Below are positions 20,141 through 30,558 of a stretch of DNA of 64,000 nucleotides, piece after piece. The stretch comes from a virus: the IMG/VR virus record IMGVR_UViG_3300032242_001192, positions 1-64,000 of that record. The stretch is one strand, 5' to 3'. Each line of letters starts with the position of its first letter. The stretch's first letter is position 1. The notes below the pieces were generated by a model. That model was not told the origin of the DNA. It searched no databases and worked only from the letters and a program-made list of their open reading frames with translations. The position numbers and the translations under genes were made by a program.

Positions 20141-22794
20141 TGGGTGGAATTTTAGGAGTAGTTTTTTCAAACTACGTAAAGGCAGTAGGTGCGGCTGCTG
20201 CAGCAAATGCTAATATAACTGTATCCACGTATCCTTCTATAGTTTCTTCAAATGTATTGTTTAACTTTAAAATGGATGCTATACCCAATTTCGGGGGTTA
20301 TGGAACAACTGCAGAATATATAGCTGACGATAGCGATTATAAGTGGGCTAACGTAATGTTTGGATTTTCCACAGGATCCGGACATACTTACTTAAAACAA
20401 ACTCGAGGCGGGCCATATAAAGATAGTGTTTATTATCTTGATAGTTCAGGAGTAAGTTATGGATATGAATGTATAGGTACTTTACTAGGCAATGGCACGT
20501 ACTCACCATATTCGAACGTACACAATGCTACTATTGGTACTAGCAGTAATAGTTGGGCATTGGAATTTAACGTTTTCATTAATAATTTGCCTGCATATAA
20601 TTCTCAAACAGGCATCCATCCATATTATTCAGGATTGAATAATGTCTTGATTAGGCAAAATCCATCGGATAATGTATCTTATGTAGTAACCGTAAGTTAT
20701 GGTGACGCGGCAAACGCAGGTAGTGGTACTACAGGTCCCGTTATAAATCTACCAGACCTTAAGGGAGAATCCTGGAAACATGTCGTTGTACAGGCTCAGA
20801 GAAATTCTCCTAATACGCATACAATATGGGCATTTGTTGATGGGGTATTACAAAATCCTGGAGGCAATGTATATAAAGTATATGGTTCATCTTTGTCTAC
20901 ATTATTCTCCGATTCTGTGGGAGGAACGAGTATTGGTCGAGGAATTGGCGGAGCTGGCACATATCTTGCCCATAGATTAGATAACATTAGATTAATCAAT
21001 GGCATTGGTAATGTTGCAATCTTTCCTATATCAGGATTTCCTGTTCCAGATAATGCAGCATACACGGCACCTACATCATATTATTCAAATACATTAATTG
21101 TAGATATTACAGGAAGAGTGGCAAATACATACGTAACAAATGTATTCCAATCTAATTTACATCCGCGCGGTAATTTAACAAACTCTTTATGGTTTAATAA
21201 AAATTCGAATTCTTTAATTATATCATCTCCTTCATTACAATATACTGGAAATATTAATATTGAAATGTGGGTATATCCCACTGCATATAAGGATATGATT
21301 CTGTGTACATTAGAAGGAAAATCCCCAGCTCGGGCACCTGCAGGATATCCAAACGTAAATGCACTTATAGTAAGATTAACTCTTCCTTCATCTGTGGGAT
21401 ATACATCTAATTTAGATTCTGTATATCGTATATCTAATACTGCGATGCTATTAACAGTTATTGCTTCTAACTGTGCATATGTTACAGGATCATTCTTTGC
21501 GCCTGCTACAGGATTTCAGGCAAATGTTACTTTGAATACGTGGAATAAAATTACATTAACATATTGTAGTACTCAACCGGGATTTACAACTTCCGGTATT
21601 ACAGGATACGTTGGAAATATAATAACAGTAAATAACCAAGACTTAGGCAATTATGGTTTGGCAAGGGCAAATACTTTTTCAAATATCTATATTTCTGGCG
21701 GGGATACATCGGAGGATTTACTCGCAAGGAATGCAAGATATCAAAAATTTGAAGGTTATATAAGTGATATTTTAATATCTAACGGACAACCTGTGTACAA
21801 TAATACTTATGATTATACTGCTTCATCTAATCCAAATAAACCTGTAAATGAAACAGATTTGTTTAATGTCAAGGCAAACACTTTAGTTTATATATCAGCA
21901 GCACCTGGCATTCTTGCGTCAAATATTCAATATTTAGTCTTAGCAGGCGGCGGTGGTGGCGGTTCTGGAGGAGGTGGCGGTGGAGGAAGTGGAGGTTTAT
22001 TAGAAGGTAATCTAATAATAACTTCAAATACTACATATACAATTACTGTAGGTAGTGGCGGTTCTGCAGCAACACCTTCTGCTGTAGCAACCAACGGAGG
22101 AAATACAACCTTCATCGGTGGATCTTTATCGTTTATAGCAGTAGGCGGTGGAGGCGGTGGCGGTCAACCTCTAGGTAGAAGTACTGGTTTAGCGGGTGGT
22201 GGTGGCGGAGGTTCCAATAATAATAATCCTGGAGGCGCAGGATTTGGTTATCCTGGAATAGCAAGAGTAACACAACAAGGATTTCCTGGAGGTGCTGGAT
22301 ATTCGAACCCGGTCGCTCCATTTAATAGCGGGGGTGGTGGTGGCGGAGGTACTCAATCATACGCAATTCCGTTAGACGCATTCCCGAGTACCTCATCGCC
22401 TTCAGGCGGTAACGGCGGCCCAGGTAACGTATCATCCATTTCTGGATATATTACAACTTACGGTGGAGGCGGAGGTGGAGGTGCTACGAACTCTATAGGT
22501 AGCTCGGGTGGTGGCAGAGGAGGCAGTAGTGGTAATGCTCCGCCTTTTGGAGCTACTCCTGGAGGATCCGGAGAAACAAATGGTGGAGGTGGCGGTGGCG
22601 GCGGAGGTGGCGGCACTTCTCCTAGTCCTTCGAATGGAACCATCGGAGGTGCAGGTGGTTCAGGTATTGTGATACTATCACATCCTCAAGCATATATTCG
22701 AGGAACAGCAACAGGATCTAATGTGACAACAGGCATAAGTCCGTCGGGTCAAGTTGTGTATACTTTCTACACCTCGGGTACAATCTCATTCTAA
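20140..22794 (+). CDS. Putative receptor-binding/tail-tip protein with two LamG-like domains and a glycine-rich C-terminal domain
   Basis: WALEF...WKHVVV...FVDG, INIEMWVYP...NTWNKI...FEGYISDI; YLVLAGGGGG...YTITVG.GG...GGSGIVI...YTF..SGTI.F. Confidence 0.8.
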   Translation: MGGILGVVFSNYVKAVGAAAAANANITVSTYPSIVSSNVLFNFKMDAIPNFGGYGTTAEYIADDSDYKWANVMFGFSTGSGHTYLKQTRGGPYKDSVYYLDSSGVSYGYECIGTLLGNGTYSPYSNVHNATIGTSSNSWALEFNVFINNLPAYNSQTGIHPYYSGLNNVLIRQNPSDNVSYVVTVSYGDAANAGSGTTGPVINLPDLKGESWKHVVVQAQRNSPNTHTIWAFVDGVLQNPGGNVYKVYGSSLSTLFSDSVGGTSIGRGIGGAGTYLAHRLDNIRLINGIGNVAIFPISGFPVPDNAAYTAPTSYYSNTLIVDITGRVANTYVTNVFQSNLHPRGNLTNSLWFNKNSNSLIISSPSLQYTGNINIEMWVYPTAYKDMILCTLEGKSPARAPAGYPNVNALIVRLTLPSSVGYTSNLDSVYRISNTAMLLTVIASNCAYVTGSFFAPATGFQANVTLNTWNKITLTYCSTQPGFTTSGITGYVGNIITVNNQDLGNYGLARANTFSNIYISGGDTSEDLLARNARYQKFEGYISDILISNGQPVYNNTYDYTASSNPNKPVNETDLFNVKANTLVYISAAPGILASNIQYLVLAGGGGGGSGGGGGGGSGGLLEGNLIITSNTTYTITVGSGGSAATPSAVATNGGNTTFIGGSLSFIAVGGGGGGGQPLGRSTGLAGGGGGGSNNNNPGGAGFGYPGIARVTQQGFPGGAGYSNPVAPFNSGGGGGGGTQSYAIPLDAFPSTSSPSGGNGGPGNVSSISGYITTYGGGGGGGATNSIGSSGGGRGGSSGNAPPFGATPGGSGETNGGGGGGGGGGGTSPSPSNGTIGGAGGSGIVILSHPQAYIRGTATGSNVTTGISPSGQVVYTFYTSGTISF

Positions 22795-22800
22795 TAAATA
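22793..22800 (+). promoter_or_regulatory. Late promoter variant (AATAAATA)
   Basis: Upstream of gp13, followed by AAGGA Shine-Dalgarno. Confidence 0.6.
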
Positions 22801-22816
22801 TACAAAAGGATAAGAC

Positions 22817-23560
22817 ATGGCAATAGTAACATCTAGACAAGAGTTAAAAGATTACTGCTTACGTAATCTAGGTGCGCCTGTCATTGAAATAAACGTCGAC
22901 GATGACCAAGTTGAGGATCGTATAGATGAAGCGTTTCAATTTTACAGAGAATATCATTATGATGCTGTAGAATTGGTATATTTAAAACACCAAATTACTG
23001 CAGATGATTTAACAAACAAATATATTTCCTTGCCAGATTCTGTTGTAGGTGTTACTAGAATATTTCCGTTTTCTAATAAATCAGATGGTACTAATATTTT
23101 TAGTATCAGATACCAAATCTTAGTCAACGACTTATATAGTTTGATGTCTACAAACTTAATATACTATTATCAGGTTAAACAGGAATTAGAACTAATTAAC
23201 CAAGTACTTACAGGCGTTAAACCAATTAGATTCAATAGACATATGAATCGTCTATACGTGGATTTGGATTGGACTGCGGATACAGTACAAGGTCAATATA
23301 TCATTGTAGAATGCTATAGAATATTAGACCCAGAAACATACCGAGATGTTTATAACGATATGTTCCTTAAAAGATACTGCACAGCGTTAATTAAAAGACA
23401 ATGGGGATTGAACTTGAAGAAGTTTGTCGGAGTACAACTTCCTGGAGGTGTAACACTTAATGCAGATCAGATATATGCTGACGCATTAGATGAAATAAAA
23501 CAGATAGAAGCAGAAATGCAATCTAGATTCGAATTGCCTGTAGACTTTTTCTCAGGATAA
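22817..23560 (+). CDS. gp13: Neck protein gp13
   Basis: SRQELKDYCLR.LGAPVIEINVDDDQVEDRIDEA; KRQWG.NL.KF.GVQLPGGVTLN. Confidence 0.95.
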   Translation: MAIVTSRQELKDYCLRNLGAPVIEINVDDDQVEDRIDEAFQFYREYHYDAVELVYLKHQITADDLTNKYISLPDSVVGVTRIFPFSNKSDGTNIFSIRYQILVNDLYSLMSTNLIYYYQVKQELELINQVLTGVKPIRFNRHMNRLYVDLDWTADTVQGQYIIVECYRILDPETYRDVYNDMFLKRYCTALIKRQWGLNLKKFVGVQLPGGVTLNADQIYADALDEIKQIEAEMQSRFELPVDFFSG

Positions 23561-23592
23561 TTAGTTATTTTTATTAACCCGGTACATAGCAA

Positions 23593-23621
23593 ATGATAAC
23601 ACCTGGTCAATAGAAAGTCAA
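23593..23621 (-). promoter_or_regulatory. Antisense sigma70-type promoter TTGACT-N17-TATCAT with extended -10 (aggtgT)
   Basis: Minus strand reads TTGACT ttctattgaccaggtgt TATCAT; shares AGGTGTTAT with promoters at 55453 and 57761. Confidence 0.7.
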
Positions 23622-23628
23622 TAGTAAA

Positions 23629-24375
23629 ATGGCAACAGTTAATCAATATTTCCAGAGTGGTAGGTCTATAGGTAACGCTAACGAGCAGTTACTATATGAG
23701 GATTTGATTATCGAATCCATGAAGATCTACGGTATCCAAACCTATTATATTCCTAGGAAACCGTTTAATCAGGATCCTATTTTGGCTGAAGATCCATATA
23801 ACAGTTTTGAGTATGCTTATCCGATTGAAATGTATATGGAAAATGTTACGGGGTACGCAGGCGAGGACGAGATAATTACTAAGTTTGGTTTGGACATTCG
23901 AGATTCAGCAACCTTTGTAGTATCAAGAAGACGCTGGAGAGATGCTATTGGTAACCATGGTCAAACTATATTAAATTTTAGACCAACAGAAGGTGACCTT
24001 ATCTATATGCCTTTGACTCAATCCTTTATGGAAATTCGCAAGGTTGATAGTGAGACTCCGTTTTTCCAAATAGGTAAGTTGTACGTGTTTAGAATGAATA
24101 CAGAATTATTTCAGTATTCTAATGAAGTCTTTAATACTGGGGTAGATGAAATAGATAACTTGTTTACACAATTTTCTCAATCTTTGGACAAATATGAATT
24201 GCTAGATGAAAATGGAAATGCTTTACTATCAGAAGCAGGTGTGTTGATGCCTTTAATGTCTGAAGGTTATACAACTAATAATGATCCTGGTAATGCAGAC
24301 AATGATAGTTTTACACTTGAAAGAAATAATACGTTAGATTTCTCAGAAAGAAATCCATTTGGAGATCCGGGATAA
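23629..24375 (+). CDS. gp14: Neck protein gp14
   Basis: EQ.LYEDLIIES.KIYG...YYIPR, IEMY.EN..GY.G....TKFGL.IRD, RP.EGDLIY.P, DFSERNPFG. Confidence 0.95.
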   Translation: MATVNQYFQSGRSIGNANEQLLYEDLIIESMKIYGIQTYYIPRKPFNQDPILAEDPYNSFEYAYPIEMYMENVTGYAGEDEIITKFGLDIRDSATFVVSRRRWRDAIGNHGQTILNFRPTEGDLIYMPLTQSFMEIRKVDSETPFFQIGKLYVFRMNTELFQYSNEVFNTGVDEIDNLFTQFSQSLDKYELLDENGNALLSEAGVLMPLMSEGYTTNNDPGNADNDSFTLERNNTLDFSERNPFGDPG

Positions 24376-24376
24376 T

Positions 24377-25126
24377 ATGTTAGATCAAACCTTTTATTGG
24401 GGTACTATTAGAAAGTCAATTGTTGCGTTTGGTAATATGTTTAATAATATTACTATCGAACGCAAGGATGCTAGCGGAAATGTAGTACAAATACAAAAAG
24501 TACCTTTGGCATATTCTCCAAAGCAAAAGTTTTTAATGAAAATTAGGCAGCAACCTAATGTCGATACTCAGAACATACAAATTGTTTTGCCTAGAATGGG
24601 ATTTGAATTAGTATCTTTGGATTACGATCCTACAAGAAAAGTTGGTACTCAACAGCAAACAAGAACTATAAACAGCCCAAATCTTGCTAAATCTTTATAT
24701 GCGCCTACGCCATATAATTTAAATGTATTATTATACATCTATGCTAGAAATCAAGATGATGGTCTACAAATTATAGAACAAATAATTCCGTACTTTAATC
24801 CAGATTATAATCTTACACTAAAGGCAATACCTGAGTTAAACCTACAAAATGATTTGCCAATTCTTTTATCTTCAATAGGATTTGAAGATGATTATGAGGG
24901 AGATCTAAGTACCAGACGATCCATTATATGGACATTAAGTTTTACTATGAAACTTAATTTCTATGGTCCTGCTACTAACAGAGGACTTATTAAAAAGGTT
25001 ACTGCAACTACATTTAATGATCCTACATTGACTGTGGCACAACAACAAGGTGTTGTACAACCCAATCCACCTACTGCAAATGTTACTGACACTTATGGTT
25101 ACATAAATAGTTTTACGGATTTTTAA
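24377..25126 (+). CDS. gp15: Tail sheath stabiliser/terminator gp15
   Basis: TIRKSIVAFGNMFNNI, VPLAYSPKQKFL, LPRMGFE, QIIEQI.PYFNP; ATG at 24377 preferred over 24359. Confidence 0.95.
   Translation: MLDQTFYWGTIRKSIVAFGNMFNNITIERKDASGNVVQIQKVPLAYSPKQKFLMKIRQQPNVDTQNIQIVLPRMGFELVSLDYDPTRKVGTQQQTRTINSPNLAKSLYAPTPYNLNVLLYIYARNQDDGLQIIEQIIPYFNPDYNLTLKAIPELNLQNDLPILLSSIGFEDDYEGDLSTRRSIIWTLSFTMKLNFYGPATNRGLIKKVTATTFNDPTLTVAQQQGVVQPNPPTANVTDTYGYINSFTDF
25102..25109 (+). promoter_or_regulatory. Late promoter variant (CATAAATA)
   Basis: Upstream of gp16 start at 25128. Confidence 0.45.
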
Positions 25127-25127
25127 A

Positions 25128-25556
25128 ATGAAAAATATACAAAATTTGAATGACATCTTTGATATAAATGCGCAGGAAGAAACTCCTGCTCTACCTATGG
25201 TTCCTGAGACAATGAATGCTAATAAGGAAATGGATCAGGAAGATGATTACCAATTAGCAAGACAAACTATGAGAAAACTTCTAATGAAGGGTGAAACCAC
25301 ATTAGATGAACTTATAGAATTATCTAAAAATTCTGAGCATCCTAGAACATATGAGGTTGCAGGACAATTCATGAAGACAATGTCTGACGTATCCAAAGAT
25401 CTTTTAAACTTACAAAAACAAGTTAAAGAATTAAAGGCAGACGAAGTTCAACAAAAAATTGGAACGCAGAATAATGTAGTATTTGCAGGATCAACTGCAG
25501 AGCTATTTAAAGCATTGAAACAAAATAAAGATAGTGGAAATATAATTGAGCAATAA
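25128..25556 (+). CDS. gp16: Terminase small subunit gp16
   Basis: DY..AR......L, SEHPRTYEVAGQ..K, NNVVF.GST.EL. Confidence 0.92.
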   Translation: MKNIQNLNDIFDINAQEETPALPMVPETMNANKEMDQEDDYQLARQTMRKLLMKGETTLDELIELSKNSEHPRTYEVAGQFMKTMSDVSKDLLNLQKQVKELKADEVQQKIGTQNNVVFAGSTAELFKALKQNKDSGNIIEQ

Positions 25557-27219
25557 ACCTACATCATATAACGGTAATCCCAATCTAAAACAGATTGGTA
25601 CGGTTATCTCGTACACCAAAGAACAAGTAAATGAGATTATTAAGTGCAGCTTAGATCCAATTTACTTTATTGAAAACTATTGTCAAATAGTTTCTTTGGA
25701 CAGAGGTTTAGTACCTTTCAAATTATACGATTGCCAAAAAGAAAAAGTACATACTATTTTAAATAATCGTAAAGTTATTTTGATGGAAGGTCGCCAACAA
25801 GGTAAGACCATTACTTCGGCAGCATGTATTCTATGGTACACACTTTTTCAAGAAAATAAAACAGTTGCTATTCTAGCTAACAAATCCTCAGCTGCTCGCG
25901 AGGTTTTATCCCGATATGAACTGATGTATGAAATGCTTCCAATATGGATGCAACAAGGCGTTAAGACATTTAACAAAGGTGATATCGAACTTGAAAACGG
26001 ATCTAAAGTATTTACAGCAGCAACAAGTTCTTCGGGTATTCGAGGTAAATCTGTAAATTGGTTATACATTGATGAAGCGGCAATTATTCCAAATAACGTA
26101 GCCGAGGATTTCTTTACATCTGTTTACCCAACAATTTCTGCGGGTCAAACTACAAAGATTCTTCTGACATCTACGCCCTTAGGATATAATCATTTCTGGA
26201 AATTCTGGAATGAAGCTGAACAAGGATTGAATGGATTTGTTCCAATGTTTATTCCTTATAACAGAATTCCTGGACGCGATGATAAATGGGCTGAAGAACA
26301 AAGATCAATGCTCGGTGAACTTAAGTTCAACCAAGAGGTTTTATGTAATTTCCTAGGTTCATCTAATACACTTATCAATCCCGATACTATTGGTAGAATG
26401 TCGGTTAAACCGTATGTTTATAGTAAAGACGGATTGGACGTATTCGTTGAACCTGAAGAAGACCATATCTATATGTTAGTTGCAGATACTTCTCGTGGAG
26501 TCGGTGGAGATTACTCAGCGTTTACGGTTTTAGATATTACAGCATATCCATATTCAGTTGTTGCAAAGTACAGAAACAATAAAATCAGTCCATTACTATT
26601 CCCAAATATCATATACAAGGTCGCAAAGGATTATCATAAGGCATATTGCTTAATTGAAATCAACGACAACGGTCAACAAGTGGCGGATACTTTGTATATG
26701 GACTTAGAATATGAAAACGTATTCTTTGTCGGAAGTAATAGTAAATCCGGACAGTATCTTTCTGGAGGATTCTCCAACGGAGCGACTCTGGGTGTAAGAA
26801 CAACAAAACAAGTAAAACGCTTAGGTTGTACATCTTTCAAGAGTTTGGTTGAGGGTACTAAATTACTTATTCATGACCCAGACATTATTAACGAAATATC
26901 TACATTTATTGAAGTTCGAGGAACTCATAAGGCAGACGAAGGATACCAGGACGATTTGGTAATGTGTTTGGTCCTGTTCTCTTGGGCTACTAACGAATCA
27001 TTCTTCAAGGATCTAACTGACAGTAATTTGAGAAAAGCTCTTTACGAAGATCAGATGAAGCAGATCGAGGAAAACCTGACTCCTTTTGGAATTATAGAAA
27101 ATGGATTACCTGAAGAACTTCAACCCATTATCGCCAAAGATCAGATTTGGTTCTCACTTGGCGAAAAATCTAAGGATGACATAGAGGAATTACAAAGAAA
27201 ATGGCTGGAAAATGTCTAA
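25546..27219 (+). CDS. gp17: Terminase large subunit gp17
   Basis: YNGNPNLK, RQQGKT Walker A, IDEAA Walker B, STPLG.NHF, D.SRGVGGDYS, DDLVM. Confidence 0.97.
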   Translation: MSNKPTSYNGNPNLKQIGTVISYTKEQVNEIIKCSLDPIYFIENYCQIVSLDRGLVPFKLYDCQKEKVHTILNNRKVILMEGRQQGKTITSAACILWYTLFQENKTVAILANKSSAAREVLSRYELMYEMLPIWMQQGVKTFNKGDIELENGSKVFTAATSSSGIRGKSVNWLYIDEAAIIPNNVAEDFFTSVYPTISAGQTTKILLTSTPLGYNHFWKFWNEAEQGLNGFVPMFIPYNRIPGRDDKWAEEQRSMLGELKFNQEVLCNFLGSSNTLINPDTIGRMSVKPYVYSKDGLDVFVEPEEDHIYMLVADTSRGVGGDYSAFTVLDITAYPYSVVAKYRNNKISPLLFPNIIYKVAKDYHKAYCLIEINDNGQQVADTLYMDLEYENVFFVGSNSKSGQYLSGGFSNGATLGVRTTKQVKRLGCTSFKSLVEGTKLLIHDPDIINEISTFIEVRGTHKADEGYQDDLVMCLVLFSWATNESFFKDLTDSNLRKALYEDQMKQIEENLTPFGIIENGLPEELQPIIAKDQIWFSLGEKSKDDIEELQRKWLENV

Positions 27220-27230
27220 ATGCTGATACT

Positions 27231-27238
27231 TATAAATA
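27231..27238 (+). promoter_or_regulatory. T4 late promoter TATAAATA
   Basis: Exact consensus upstream of gp18. Confidence 0.85.
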
Positions 27239-27289
27239 AATAGAAAATCATATTATAGAGCTATCTATAAAATTATCAAGGAGAAGAAG

Positions 27290-29947
27290 ATGGCATTTCA
27301 GCTTTCACCCGGCGTATTAGTTACCGAAATCGACAACACCGCGGGTGTTCCTTCTGTAGCAACAACTGCTGGAGCATTTTCGGGAGCCTTTCAATGGGGA
27401 CCTGTTGAAGAAGTTACAACAATAGATACAGAGAAAAATCTAGTAACAAAATTTGGAAATCCTGACGACACTACTGCAGGGTATTTCTTTACTGCAGCAA
27501 ACTTTTTGTCTTATGGAAACAATCTAAAAATTGTTCGTGTTGCAGACAACGGCGTTGCAAGAAACGCAGTTTCAACCCCATCGGGCAAAGTTACAGGCGT
27601 AACAATTTTAAATTCACCAAATACTTATACTACAGTTAATGACGTAGTTGTAAACTTTAGTGCATCTCAGCGTGGCACTACTGCAACAGGTAATGCTATT
27701 ATTTCCCCATATGGAAGATTGCAGGCAATTAATATGTCTGCCAGAGGATATGGATATAATGAGGCTCCGACTGTTCTTTTAAGTGGCGGAAATGGTACTG
27801 CGGTTAATACTGTCGCACTTAGTGCAGGACAATTACAAACAATTAGTGTATTATATGGCGGTAATAATTATAGTAGTCTATCTAATGCTGTTATTAGTGG
27901 CGGCACAGGTGCAACAGCATCATTAGAAGTACATTACAAATTAAAAGACCTACAGATAAATTCTGGCGGTACAAACTATGGTCCTGCAACAACGGGTGCT
28001 AATATTCGTTTCTCAGGCAATTTAGTTGTAGGCGGTACACACGCTACAGCCACACTTGTAGTTACAGGAAACGTAATTACGGGATATTCGATACTAACAA
28101 ATGGTAATGGATATATAGGTGCTCCAAACGTAATCATTACTAGACTTGATGGTAATACAGGTAGTGCTGCATCATTTACAGCAAATCTAGGATATGGATA
28201 TGTTAATACTGTAACAGTTACTGCAAATGGAACTTCTACTTTCACAGCTGCTCCAACAGTAACACTAAATAAAAACAGTGCTACATATTCAAATATTAAT
28301 GAAACTGCTATAGCATCTGCTCGCATCGCAGCACAGTTAGATTCTATAACTGTTGTACTTTCATCTGATAATTGGACAAGCACACCTTCAGTGCAAATAG
28401 TTCCTGCAACAAATGATGTAAATTATGTTACTAGTAATGCGATAGCAATTGCGTCTGTTGGTTATTCACTTATTGGTGTAACTATGCAGAATCAAGGATC
28501 GGGATATACTTCTGCTCCTACTGTAGATATCAGAAATGGCGCAGGTCTAATAACAACAGCAACACCAATTGTTGATTTTACTGCTCCACTAATAAAGAAT
28601 ACAGATAACTATATTTCCAATTATAGTTCAGGTGGATTAGCATATGGAGAATTTGCTGCTAAGTATGCGGGTTCTTTAGGAAATTCAATTCTTGTATCTT
28701 ACGCAGATAAAGATTCGTTTACAGGTTGGCAGTATGCTAGTCAGTTTAATTCTGCTCCTAGTAAATCTGCATATGTTTCAGCAAGAGGTGGTGCTGACGA
28801 TGAATTACATATCGTAGTAGTAGATGCAAACGGTTCATGGACAGGTACTGCTGGTTCTATCCTAGAAAAATTCTCATATGTATCTAAAGCATCTGATGCT
28901 AAGAACTCTGACAATTCTACAAACTACTATAAGGATGTGATTAATAATCAATCCAAGTATATTGTTTGGTTGAACCATAAAAATACAGATTGGGGTGGAG
29001 TATCTACAACAGACTTCACTACACTAACATCTAATGTAACGTATACATTGACAGGTGGTCGCGACGGTAATCAAGTGTCCGCAGCTAATGTCCAAGCAGG
29101 TTATTCGTTGTTTAGTAACGATGAGTTGTATGACGTAAGTTTAATTCCTATGGGTCCAACAACAGACGTTGGTGTAGTAAATACAGTTATTGGAATTGCT
29201 GAATCAAGAAGAGATTGTGTAGTGTTCGCATCTCCTCCATATACAAGTGTTGTTAATGCAACGAACCAATCAACTAATATTATTTCTTACAGAAATCAAT
29301 TAACAAATTCATCATTTGCTGTTTTAGATTCTGGTTGGAAATATCAGTATGATCGTTACAACGATAAGTATCGTTATGTCCCATTGAATGGAGACGTCGC
29401 AGGCTTATCCGCAAGAACAGATTATATTGCTGATCCTTGGTTCTCTCCTGCAGGATATAACAGAGGCGTAATCAAGAATGTTGTTAAACTAGCATATTCT
29501 CCATCTAAGACAGACAGAGACGATCTATATAAAATAGGTATTAACCCAGTTGTTACGTTCCCAGGACAAGGTACCTTGTTATTTGGTGACAAGACATTGT
29601 TAGCAAGACCTAGCGCATTTGATCGTATTAATGTTCGTAGATTGTTTATTGTTCTAGAGAAGGCAATTTCTACAGCATCTAAATTCCAGTTGTTTGAATT
29701 CAACGATCCATTTACAAGAGCACAGTTTAGAAATCTTGTAGAACCATTCTTAAGAGATGTTCAAGGTCGTCGTGGTATTACAGACTTCAGAGTTGTGTGC
29801 GATGAAACAAATAACACTGCAGACATTGTAGATCGTAACGAATTTGTTGCGGATATTTACATTAAACCTGCAAGAGCAATCAACTTTATTCAGTTGAATT
29901 TTGTGGCTACAAGAACAGGCGTTTCCTTCGAAGAAGTCGGCGCTTAA
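27290..29947 (+). CDS. gp18: Tail sheath protein gp18 with large repeat insertion
   Basis: MAFQLSPGVLVTEID, FQWGP, WFSPAGYNRG, AFDRINVRRLF, FEFND.FTR, IKPARAINFIQLNFVATRTGV.F.E. Confidence 0.97.
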   Translation: MAFQLSPGVLVTEIDNTAGVPSVATTAGAFSGAFQWGPVEEVTTIDTEKNLVTKFGNPDDTTAGYFFTAANFLSYGNNLKIVRVADNGVARNAVSTPSGKVTGVTILNSPNTYTTVNDVVVNFSASQRGTTATGNAIISPYGRLQAINMSARGYGYNEAPTVLLSGGNGTAVNTVALSAGQLQTISVLYGGNNYSSLSNAVISGGTGATASLEVHYKLKDLQINSGGTNYGPATTGANIRFSGNLVVGGTHATATLVVTGNVITGYSILTNGNGYIGAPNVIITRLDGNTGSAASFTANLGYGYVNTVTVTANGTSTFTAAPTVTLNKNSATYSNINETAIASARIAAQLDSITVVLSSDNWTSTPSVQIVPATNDVNYVTSNAIAIASVGYSLIGVTMQNQGSGYTSAPTVDIRNGAGLITTATPIVDFTAPLIKNTDNYISNYSSGGLAYGEFAAKYAGSLGNSILVSYADKDSFTGWQYASQFNSAPSKSAYVSARGGADDELHIVVVDANGSWTGTAGSILEKFSYVSKASDAKNSDNSTNYYKDVINNQSKYIVWLNHKNTDWGGVSTTDFTTLTSNVTYTLTGGRDGNQVSAANVQAGYSLFSNDELYDVSLIPMGPTTDVGVVNTVIGIAESRRDCVVFASPPYTSVVNATNQSTNIISYRNQLTNSSFAVLDSGWKYQYDRYNDKYRYVPLNGDVAGLSARTDYIADPWFSPAGYNRGVIKNVVKLAYSPSKTDRDDLYKIGINPVVTFPGQGTLLFGDKTLLARPSAFDRINVRRLFIVLEKAISTASKFQLFEFNDPFTRAQFRNLVEPFLRDVQGRRGITDFRVVCDETNNTADIVDRNEFVADIYIKPARAINFIQLNFVATRTGVSFEEVGA

Positions 29948-29962
29948 TAGGAGTATAGAAAA

Positions 29963-30538
29963 ATGGCAATACCATTTAATGTAGAAAGATTTAAGTCGGA
30001 ACTAACGAATGGTGGGGCACGTCCCAATCAGTTTGCGGTTCAATTGACATTTCCAAACTATGTCACATCCAGAGCATCTGCTGTAACTAAGTCGCCATTC
30101 TTGGTAACTGTTGCAGAACTTCCTGGACAGACTATTGGAGTTACTCCTGTTTATTACCGTGGTCGTTTAATTAAAATGGCAGGTGATAGAGAGTTTGCTC
30201 CATTCCAAATTACAGTTCTAAACGATTCAGGATTTACAATTAGATCCGCTATTGAACAGTGGATGAACGGAATAGAAAATCTAGCAAATAAGACAGGTGC
30301 TTTACAGCCTGCAACTTATCAAACAGATATGTTTGTTTCTCAATTAGATCGCAATGGCGCAGTTCTGAAGCAATATAAATTAATAGGTGCATTCCCAGTC
30401 GATATCGGCGCAGTTGGATTGGATTTTGGTTCTAACGATCAATTATCAACATTCTCAGTTTCATTCCAATATCAAACTTTTGAATTTACAAATAATCCTG
30501 CAGCACAGTTAATCGACGCATTAACAACAATTGGTTAA
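29963..30538 (+). CDS. gp19: Tail tube protein gp19
   Basis: GGARPNQF.V, LPG.T.G...V.YRGR.IK.AGDR.F, V.QLDRNG...K.Y...GAFP. Confidence 0.95.
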   Translation: MAIPFNVERFKSELTNGGARPNQFAVQLTFPNYVTSRASAVTKSPFLVTVAELPGQTIGVTPVYYRGRLIKMAGDREFAPFQITVLNDSGFTIRSAIEQWMNGIENLANKTGALQPATYQTDMFVSQLDRNGAVLKQYKLIGAFPVDIGAVGLDFGSNDQLSTFSVSFQYQTFEFTNNPAAQLIDALTTIG

Positions 30539-30558
30539 TTTTATAAGTGATTTAAATT

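Noticed and set aside
21927-22643. Minus-strand poly-Pro ORFs
   Set aside because: Reverse complement of poly-Gly codons in the glycine-rich domain.
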